The notes beneath the pieces were generated by a model. That model was not told the origin of the DNA. It saw nothing but the letters and a program-made list of their open reading frames with translations, and ran no database searches. 64,000 nucleotides of DNA, taken from contig JAMWBK010000001.1 in assembly GCA_029953675.1 (NCBI GenBank), positions 2,914,001-2,978,000 of the forward strand. Direction: 5' to 3'. Made by a program: the position numbers and the translations under genes. This DNA comes from Rhodosorus marinus CCMP1338. Its lineage: Eukaryota; Plantae; Rhodophyta. Positions 1 to 8,993 of the stretch are shown here, one piece after another; the stretch's first letter is position 1; each line of letters opens with the position of its first letter.

Positions 1-1296
1 ATATGTATATGACAGCCTGTCGAACTCATAAGTAATCAGAATCCAAAATAAACTGACAGCCTGTCATATCGAGAAGTATTCATGATTCAATATTTGGAGC
101 GGAGATGATTGATTATTGACCTGACGTTGATTGAATCTCACAGGTTTTAACAAAAGACCTTCTAAGTGGACAATCTTTTTTTAGAAGCACTTCTGTCAGG
201 CACATTTTGTTTTCTACATTTATTCAATATTGTATCGCACAGAAGAAAAGGGTGTTTTTACCATATATAGAAGTGGGAGCGCAACAGCAAAACAGTTGTT
301 GCTGTTGTTGTTGTTGTTGTTGGTGATGGTGAAGTGCGAACATTGTGCACAGGAGAGACGTTCTGGTATACTGAAAAAAAAAAAGCTCAGGGAAAAAAGC
401 CAAGGCTACATACGGGGTTGCACAAGTCCGTCCGCATCCTCCAGCCAAAGTCAGGAAAACTCTCTCAAGCCTTCGGGGGGACTGACGGGGCCTTTTAATG
501 GATCGAAATGTGTAAAAACGCTATTGAATGAATGGGTTTAGATCATTTTACGCTCTGGCGCTGTACTGCTGCCCTAGTTTTGGAGGCACGCTCTCTAACG
601 TCCTTCCAGGGTACCTCATTCGGGGACCTTAGCCTCCGACTAAATAAAAATAAAAACAAGATGATGATGTGTGGAGTGTGTAGGATGATGAAATGTCGTC
701 TTTTGAATACTTTTACACACGCTGACCAGGAAACGGGAGAAGAATCTACCCTCCATACCAAAGGGATTTGGAGCATGCACGCGAGATTCCGCCGGGCCCC
801 CGTGGATGCTTCCAAGAGTCCTACCCTGCGTAATGGTGTAATCTTGGTAGAACTGATCTTGCGCTGGGCGTGCTGTTGCGGGGTTCTTGAGTGAGTTCTG
901 CAGGGGATCCTCACTCGTGGATGGTTGTTTGGAGTTGGAGCCCATCGCGTGGGACTTGGAAGTTAGCAAAAAGTTCTTGTGTGGAGCTGAAGGCTGTCTA
1001 CCGCTACACTGACACTCGCTCGTTGGGCCCTGTCCGAACACCACCAACAGTATCACTTTGTCTTGCACCCCTCATCGCGGCACCCTTTCGGGAATCCTGG
1101 CCTCTGGGCTAAAGCGATGATGCCGATGATTGTCACTTTGCAAACCGTCCAAGGGTTGCAGTATCTGCTGTCTCATTCCAACTGGTCCATGGCCTCCCAC
1201 CCTCCCCCACCCCCCCGACAAAGTCCATGTCTGGTATAGCTTCCATGGCCCCCCATCCCGCGTTAAAGGGGCATGCTGGCGTTCAGTCGCCATGCC

Positions 1297-1462
1297 GCAC
1301 CAACGGAGCCTGCCTGACGATCCATGCAGTAGCTCGTGGTCTAGCACCAACCTGACGATCCATGAAGTTGCTCGCGGTCTAGCACCGACGGAGCTGACCA
1401 TCCATGCAGTAGCTCGCCGTTAGCGCCAACGGAGCCTGAAGATCTATGTAGTCACTCGCCGC
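1297..1462. repeat. Degenerate tandem repeat, about 4 copies of a 39-46 nt unit
   Basis: Units begin at about 1297, 1343, 1382 and 1423 and share gc(a/g)cc(a/g)ac(ggag)...ctga(c/a)(g/c)atc(c/t)atg(c/a/t)agt...ctcg. Confidence 0.75.
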
Positions 1463-1814
1463 CCAACTTGTCAAGGTGCGTAGTAAAAACAAATTAAAAC
1501 TGAATTTCGCAATAACCGTCCCCGCAAAATACTAAGAATGTCCACAAAAAGCGCCTGTGGGGATCGAGCCCTAGCTTTGCGCGGTACTGACGCCGCATCG
1601 GGCTGTGCACCACCTCTACCATACAGTGCCGTCCTCCTTCAAATCCAAACTGGAATCGACACACCGACGCACATCTGCGGGAGTGCGAAACACACCTATC
1701 GCCGGCGAGAGGTCAGTTCAACCTCGCCAGTGGAAGCAGTGCCCAGTTCGCCCAGCACGAATTCCAGACGAATAAGGTTGATGGTCCGATATTATTTCCG
1801 TCGCCTAGTTTTTG

Positions 1815-1915
1815 GATGAGACCCCTGGACAAGGGGTCTGGGTATCTTTAGAGCTTACCAGGACTATCAGCGGTGCGTTGCAGAGGTATCTGCCGAAATA
1901 AAGCCTATGGACGTG
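1815..1915 (+). repeat. Dispersed repeat copy A with an 8-bp hairpin; inverted partner at about 22975-23118
   Basis: gatgagacccctggacaaggggtct (1815-1839) matches the reverse complement of 23051-23075 at 24/25. The downstream blocks tttagagc and aggta-ctgccgaa(a)taaag are also shared. Confidence 0.7.
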
Positions 1916-3686
1916 AATTATTCCGACATGTCCGCTAGTAAATCCTTCGCCGCGACTTAGACGATAGGCTAGCATCGAGCAAAACAATAAACTTTGTTTA
2001 ATAAAAACGGTGTTGACTGCCCCGCCCCCAGTCAGCGCGGGCCATTCCCAACCAGTTCTGTTTTGTTTTTTTTGCTCAGCCCCGCTCTGGGCTCATTCTT
2101 TGAACGACTGTGCGTTCCTAGAAGAGGTGAGCTGAGGTCAATACAAGGAGCACATCCAAAACACGAAATCGGGATCCTGTTCCGAGACACAAAAATTCTT
2201 GAACAAGAGAAGATTTGTATAGGATCGGACGGGACCGGACTTTGGTTATCGTCCATCATCACCCCCGTCCGCCCCCGTGCGCTCGTGCCGTAGAGGGCCT
2301 TCGAGACTTTGCCCAAGCGACACGCAAGTCTTTATTTAGCACTTCCGACTCCTACTCTTCTTTTTTTTTTCCTACGTTGTTTCTATCCGACAACAAACAA
2401 ACAAAAAAAACTAAAAAAAACTGCCCGCTCCCACCGCACAATCATCATCCGACCGAGAGCCATGAGGCTCCAGCTAGCTGGGAAGAGCTCTGTCCCAGTC
2501 CGATCAGGACTTCCGTGTTTAAATATTGTTTTCTCGCAGAAAAAGCGAAATCAAGCCAAAGCGTTTAGCAGGTATAGTTAAACCTATGCTAGGCCCATAT
2601 AAGTCAACTATCAGTCTAAAACGATATATTGACTAATATTATATCATTTAATTTTGATAAAATCTAATATCAATCGTTTTACCATCGAAATAGAAATAGC
2701 CTGACAGTGCGCAGGCTACCCAGTCCATACATTTTGAATGTACGCGGTACAATATGTTTTTAGCAAACTTTCTACAAATATTGACGAATCTGTGGCATGC
2801 CATTTTACCCCCCTACAGTTTAGACATTAGAATTATATACAAAGATACGATATATTTATACGTTACCGATGACGTAATTGTTTTTGGCGTGCACATCGCA
2901 CAAGTGGGAACCTGAAATATGGATAAATTTGATGCTGTAAACAAACCCGGGTCCGTGCGGAATTTCAGATTCGGTGGATGGCGATTGGATGAACGGACTG
3001 AAAACTGTCAAGTTTTTTCTTTTTTGTTTTTTTTGAAGGACAAGGAATGACAGTTTCTGTAAACAGAATTGGTAGCCTCGTTTATCTTTGGTAAAATAAA
3101 AAAAAACACGAAAAGTAAGTTTTCCGGGGTGTCGACGAGATTTATTTTACTTTTTGTACAGAAAAAAAATTGAATCGACCACGCAAGAAATAGAAACGAC
3201 ACGATGATTGGATAAATAGTGGGTTTTTGAGTGTTGTGATTGGATTATGTAAAAGATCATTGTATTTTATTTTTAAATAATAGATAGGTTTTTCGGGGGA
3301 CAGTTTGCTTACTATGTAAAATTGATGGTGTTCCCGAGTGATTTCATGTTTTTAGGATAAACTATTGACACTGTAGGATAGCTGACACTTTGATTTTTAA
3401 TCACTTTTGGCGGGCTGGGATTTTCTCCCTTTTATTTGATACTGTTTGTGGGACTTTCAGATATGCGGTGGATTTTGGGGAAGGAGGATGGGTAGGTTGA
3501 TGGGTTGGGGTGATCGATCTGATAGCACGAGGGGTATATAAAGGAGGTGAACGGGTTGAGGAGGCTGGATGGATATCATTGCTTTTGAGTAGGGATTTGT
3601 GGAGAAGTGTGGTTGATGAACTGCGGTTACTAATTACTGAAGATTTGGCGAGGTGGTTAAGGTTGTTGGTGTTTTTTTGAAACAAG

Positions 3687-4169
3687 ATGGCGATTAGCGA
3701 TAAGATGAGTCTGGAGTTCCTCATGTGCACGATAGCAGAGGACGAGGTCATGAGCGATATATCTGATGGGGAGACAACGAGCCAAGAGAAGGATTCAAAG
3801 TTTTTTTGCGATGTGTGCTCGAGCCCCTGTAAATTTAAGGGGGAGCTTCTTTACCATCAGAGGCAGCATGGACTCAGGAAGGATCTGATTCCCTGCCACG
3901 ATTGCAAACTTGCCTTCACGAAGATGTTTGCGTACAGAAATCACTACAAGTGCGTTCACGAGAAGGTGAAGAGGCACCAGTGCACGATGTGCGATAAGTC
4001 CTTCTTCTTCAAGAAGGATCTGCCGAAGCATGTTCTGGCGGTCCATGAAAAGTTGAAGCCATTTGAATGCCCAACATGCTCGAGGGCGTTTGCGAAGAAG
4101 GAGCACATGCAGAGGCACGTGAAGGCCCTCCACTCGCCTTCCACTCGCCTTCCACTCGCCCAGAGCTGA
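3687..4169 (+). CDS. C2H2 zinc-finger protein, 4 fingers, intronless (alternative start 3705)
   Basis: Four C-x2-C...H-x3/4-H fingers: FCDVC..HQRQH, PCHDC..HYKCVH, QCTMC..HVLAVH, ECPTC..HVKALH. Linker HEKLKPFEC. Confidence 0.9.
   Translation: MAISDKMSLEFLMCTIAEDEVMSDISDGETTSQEKDSKFFCDVCSSPCKFKGELLYHQRQHGLRKDLIPCHDCKLAFTKMFAYRNHYKCVHEKVKRHQCTMCDKSFFFKKDLPKHVLAVHEKLKPFECPTCSRAFAKKEHMQRHVKALHSPSTRLPLAQS
4130..4161 (+). repeat. 11-nt tandem repeat x3 in the last codons of the zinc-finger gene
   Basis: ccactcgcctt ccactcgcctt ccactcgccc. Confidence 0.85.
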
Positions 4170-4864
4170 GGTGACCATCCAAGCCTGAGGAGCACGCCAT
4201 AACTTAATACTTTAATTTAATACATAATCCTGAACACATACAACGTCAACTAACACTGACCAAAACAAACGTCAGAAGATTAAAAACAACCAACTTGAAA
4301 TCTACTCACACCACCTCTCGCAGCCTCTAAGTCCATATCAAAATACCTTCGGGAATTCATCCTTCCACTCACACTTTCGACTGAAAAAAAGCAACCTGGA
4401 AACTCGGTTCCTACCAACCGCTCCAACGGAAAAAAAAAAGTTGCCACGTAGTCCTCCTCATGCGGTCTCCAAACGCTGGAGTCTCTGCGACTCGCGTCAA
4501 TCTCCTTACTCATAGAAAAGAGAACGCGATCGTTGCGACACAAACGAGTGGTCCCTGACGGGGCTATGTTGACGAGCAACACACTATATCCAATTCAGAA
4601 GATCTAAAAAAAGAAACAGTTGAAACGGAGCCGTTTGGCGGGAAGCTGAACTCTTGGTTTTCTTGAAGTTTTTGCTGAGTTGAAGCCAGAAAAAAATTTG
4701 GTAGTTTCGTGTCGGACAGCTGTCACGAAAGTTTCTTTGGGGCAGCTCAGTTGGCATTTCGAGTGAGTGTCTCTTCGTCTCGCGGAATCGTGACTGTAAG
4801 GGCAAGCACAGACTGTGGCGCGAAGTGACGATAAGACAAGAGGAGAATGAAAGGAACCCCCTAA

Positions 4865-5097
4865 ACCGGGTAGTAAACTAGATTCTAGGGGTGAAAATTA
4901 CTCTGTGGACGCGAATCGCGTGCCATCGCCATTGACCGCTAGCTGGGCGTTACCACGCTCAGAGTTTACGGCTAATTTCCGCCCTCAACGAACCAAAATC
5001 CTCACCCTTGCGCTAAGGATGTTGAAAAATTCCGCAAAGAGTTCCGTTGCCGCCTTCCCAAGCCGTTCAATTATGCCTCCACAATACGGTGGGCAAA
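4865..5097 (-). pseudogene. Diverged duplicated segment, copy 1; possible decayed coding fragment of unknown family
   Basis: Aligns with 5960-6154. The minus-strand frame RGNAQLAVN vs HGNAQLMVN shows synonymous-type changes but contains stops. Confidence 0.4.
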
Positions 5098-5959
5098 GAT
5101 GAAATCATTTGCGATCGCCCAAAGCATCTCGGCAATGGGCTAACTTCCTAGCGCTTCAGTTCGGGCACTCGTATATCCCGATGAAAAAGGTGCGCAAGAC
5201 AAGTCCCGTCCAGCCAGAGAGGACGGGACATTCATGTCCATGACATATTGTTTGCCGTTTGCGCTGATGTAGGACCACGATGTCCGGACGCAGACGACTT
5301 CCAGAAAAATATTGCTCAGGTTGTACGACTGTATCGCTTCGATGCCGCTTTCGCGGAGATGTGCCGCTAGCTAGTCTCGGAGAAAATTGTGTCTGATGGT
5401 CCAGTTGCCAGAAGAAGATCGGCAATGGAAGAGTTTTAAGACCCCTCAGGGTGTACGCGGAACGGCAAACTGAGCCGTCCGCAGTCGATATTAGTCCTGA
5501 CAGGGGCAATATTAGTAGTAAACGTGGGCTGCATTTGTGACCCTGGGGTGGTGAGAGCTTGGCTACCTTCACTAGGTAAATCGCGAATCCAGGAGCCGGC
5601 ACTCAATCCCGCAGATGAGCGTGAACTAGCTTGAACAGTTCCGAGAGGTCAGATATGGTCCACAAGTTCCTCAAACCTGCACTGGTCACTCTTCTGGGAG
5701 AAAAAACCCCGGAGGGGGAGAAAATAGTAACACGCGAAGGACTAAATCGCATGCCTCCAACATCCAAGCAGCATTCTGACGCCACAGGAGAAAACTCACG
5801 ACGGTAAACTGCGAGGAGAGCCGGTCTGCGTGCTCACGGAACACTTCGCGTGGCCACCAGGAACCAGTCGAATCCGCTAAAGTGGAAAATTTCACCGAAA
5901 ACCCAGATGCTGGTGCTAAGAAAAGGTAAGCCGCAGGGGAGGGGCTAAGGGGACTGGTC

Positions 5960-6154
5960 ACCGGGGTAGTAGACCAGATTCTAAAAGAAAAAAAATAGTC
6001 AGCATCTTACCATCGCATTAACCATCAACTGCGCATTACCGTGCCACAGCTTTCGATTAAATTCGGTCCTCACCAAACCCAGCAACTCCCCTCAACGTCC
6101 AAGATATTGTGTAACTTCGGTTGGAAAATCCATTGTTTCCCTCCGGTGGGCAAA
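5960..6154 (-). pseudogene. Diverged duplicated segment, copy 2
   Basis: Shares accggg(g)tagta(a/g)ac(t/c)agattcta, ccatcg(c)catt(g/a)acc...ttacc and cggtgggcaaa with 4865-5097. Carries indels relative to copy 1. Confidence 0.4.
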
Positions 6155-6482
6155 TAAACAAACTATGGATGGGAGGACTGGACGGGAAGTAGAACTGCTT
6201 AGATATCAAAGCCATGGCCTGGTTTCATTCACGAGCATTGCGTTTTTCGTAACGAACTGTCCGAAAAATACGCTCGATATGAAATAGGTTCTAAGAGCAG
6301 CTCAATGTCGCGAGTTGATCGTCTGCGGTGCCCCTGACTTGAGGTCATTTGTGAAGAAAGAACCGCGAACGCTTTACTGAAGAAGTCCCTAGTGGAGCCC
6401 TTCAAAAGGGAATAAAGAGTTTATCGATGCAGTAGAAATCCTCCAATGGGTTGTGTGGCTACGTTCTACTAGAAGGACAATC

Positions 6483-6775
6483 TCATAGTTCCCCTTGTCG
6501 ACTGGACGAGCGAGTGAGGCAAGTCGTGCATTCCCTTTCCACAGGGACCGGTTGAGTGCTATCCGAACTGGTGCGGGGCGCCCTCGGCTTGGTCTTCCAG
6601 CGCAGTGTCATCAGCGGCCTGATTTCAGGGAACACTTGCTCGATGATCCGGTTCGCGATGCGTTTATCGACCTTGTTGAACGCGGTGGGGCGGTTGAGTT
6701 TGCACAGGACGGCATCCGGTCGCTCTGCGAGGTGAGCTTCCGCGATGTCTCCGATGTGGGCTTGCGCAAATTCTC
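6483..6775 (-). CDS. Possible internal or terminal exon of an unidentified gene
   Basis: Stop-free frame EFAQAHIGDIAEAHLAERPDAVLCKLNRPTAFNKVDKRIANRIIEQVFPEIRPLMTLRWK..., in register with the + ORF 6495..6932. A minus-strand G/T-rich leader and a gtgag donor lie upstream (7000-7400). No start codon resolved. Confidence 0.25.
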
Positions 6776-7842
6776 ATATTTGCATCAAGCCGATCTTTCA
6801 CTAAACGTGCGTTCCATCAAGATAATGCAACAGACACGACATTGCTCAAATCCGTGCGGACGCGCGACGAAACCCTCATCGCCGCAGAAGAAAGTTGACG
6901 TGGGAGCAGAACTCGGCACAGGACCCTTCTAGATTGGCTGGGCCTTCTTCTAGCTTCCAGTTCAAAGCTGTAGAATGGGTGTTCCAGGCACCACGCTCGC
7001 TCTAATTTCTCACAAATCAAAAACAGATCACGACCTATCGTTTGCACAGGGAAGGAAATCATCCCAATTCCGACCGCAAAAAAACGAAAAAAAACAGATC
7101 CAAACAATTCATACCCTCCCGCTCCAGCCTTTTATAAAACGAAGAGAAAAAAAGAAGAAAAGGGTCAAATCCTCAACCTTATCTCACCTGAGATTCAGTT
7201 GTGGGAATGCTCCCCGACGACAAGCAAGCAGACCCTCTCCAAGGTCTCCAACTCTTCCCCCCCCCCTTTACCCGAACCCATCCCCAACATGTATAAAATA
7301 ATCCAAAACATATAAAGTAAAGGACAGCTGTATTTCTAAAATAAAGGCAAAAGGAAAATATTCCCCCCAAAATACATCAAAAATATGAAAAAATGAAGGA
7401 CTGCTGTCTAGATTTTCTTTTTTTTCGGTTGTGGGAATGTCAGGTTCTTTGCCCTCGCATGAAAGAGGACTGGGAGTTGCGGCGATGGACTGAGTATGAA
7501 TGGAAGGTGTAGGGCAGAGGGAGCGGGGAGGGGGATGTGGTTTGAGGAGGAGGGAGAAAGGAAATGGATTTGTGAGTTTCTAAAAACGGAAATGATTGGG
7601 GGTTTCAATTTTGTTGGTGGCCGGGGCCTGAGGGGGTTTTAGTCTCTGTTGGGGGGAGGTGGGAATTTTTTTTGGTAACGGGGTTGTGTTCTTTTCTGGT
7701 TTGTTTTTTTTTGAGTTGAGAGGGCTGAGGACCTCGGTTGGAATAATATAATAGGATGCTGACATGGTTGAAGGATGGGCTTGCGGATGTGGGAGGTTGT
7801 CGTTGTTTTCGAGTGGAGGTGGTCGCTCTTGTGTAGCGGAAA

Positions 7843-8259
7843 ATGGCGGTCGTCTTGCCGGCAGCGAAGATGCAGATTGAGTTTCTCCTGAACTCAAGGG
7901 CTGCTTCCCCAGAATCTGCTGAGCATCTGTGTAAGGAATGCTTCACCAGGTGCCGGAGCGCGGCTCACCTTCGGTACCACAGGTTCGTCCATGGCGAGAA
8001 CCGGTTTCATCCATGCCGGCGCTGCGAGATCGCTTTCACGCGAAAGTTTTCACTTCGAAGTCACGTGCGGTGTGTACACGATAAGGAACGAAAATTTGCT
8101 TGCGTTTCATGCAGCAGCAAGTTTTTCTACAGGAAAGACCTCCTCAAGCATAAAGCCGCCGTGCATGAGAGGAAACGACCCTATCGATGCGAAGACTGCC
8201 CTGCAAATTTCGGAAAGAAGGAGCACCTCACGAGGCACAAAAGGAGCCTACATCGCTGA
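7843..8259 (+). CDS. C2H2 zinc-finger protein, 4 fingers; paralog of 3687..4169
   Basis: LCKEC..HRFVH, PCRRC..HVRCVH, ACVSC..HKAAVH, RCEDC..HKRSLH. Linker HERKRPYRC. Confidence 0.9.
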   Translation: MAVVLPAAKMQIEFLLNSRAASPESAEHLCKECFTRCRSAAHLRYHRFVHGENRFHPCRRCEIAFTRKFSLRSHVRCVHDKERKFACVSCSSKFFYRKDLLKHKAAVHERKRPYRCEDCPANFGKKEHLTRHKRSLHR

Positions 8260-8474
8260 AAATAAATTTGCTTGCTTCCAACGAGACCTGAAACATTGGC
8301 GAGGAACTAACTGCCAGAAGAAGAATGATTCCACTGCGACCTCTAATCCATCTACCAAGCTTGATGATGTGAAGAACAAAGCTCGCCAATACGTAGTCTT
8401 TACATTGAAACTATAAATAATCTTTCTCTCTTTTCACCCACACGGGGAACGATTCAAACGCACACCGCACTATC

Positions 8475-8993
8475 TTACGAACTAACCGTACGGGATTCGT
8501 CGAAAAAGAGGATGGCATCCCAAGCGCCCATTCTTGTCTCCGAAAGGTCCGTGACGTTCGAGAGCTCTCCCGGCTTTACGTCCTCGACCTGGTAGGAAAG
8601 TTTTTCCACATCCAAGGGATTGAACGCATCTCTTCTATTCACGGCTTCATAACTAGGCTCCTGCTCGGTGTCCCCCATCCACATGTCCTTGACATCCGGC
8701 GAGATATCATACAAAGCGTATGTTGAATCTGTATAGACAAGCTTTTCTACTCGGCTTTGCACGGTGGCTTTTTGCACGGCCTCTTTCTCCATGTTGCGCT
8801 CATGGGATTGCGCGTGACATTGCAAGCTCGACTTCCATCTGAACGCCTTCTCACATCCTTCAACAGTACATTTAAACGGAGTATTCTCGGAGTGTACCCT
8901 TCTATGGACCTGGAGATTGTAGTTCCTTGGAAAAACTCTTACGCATCCCTCAAAATCACACTTGTAGATCTTGTTCTGTCTCTTTCGTCCCAT
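8475..8993 (-). CDS. C2H2 zinc-finger protein, 2 fingers of C-x4-C type, acidic C-terminal half
   Basis: YKCDFEGCVRVFPRNYNLQVHRRVH and FKCTVEGCEKAFRWKSSLQCHAQSH, linker HSENTPFKC. ATG at 8993. Confidence 0.88.
   Translation of the reverse strand: MGRKRQNKIYKCDFEGCVRVFPRNYNLQVHRRVHSENTPFKCTVEGCEKAFRWKSSLQCHAQSHERNMEKEAVQKATVQSRVEKLVYTDSTYALYDISPDVKDMWMGDTEQEPSYEAVNRRDAFNPLDVEKLSYQVEDVKPGELSNVTDLSETRMGAWDAILFFDESRTVSS

Noticed and set aside
224-541. Poly-Gln / poly-Leu ORFs
   Set aside because: They arise from a (GTT)n microsatellite in a G/T-rich tract; the rest has no protein-like signal.
1297-1462. CRISPR-like repeats
   Set aside because: Units are adjacent and degenerate, with no unique spacers.
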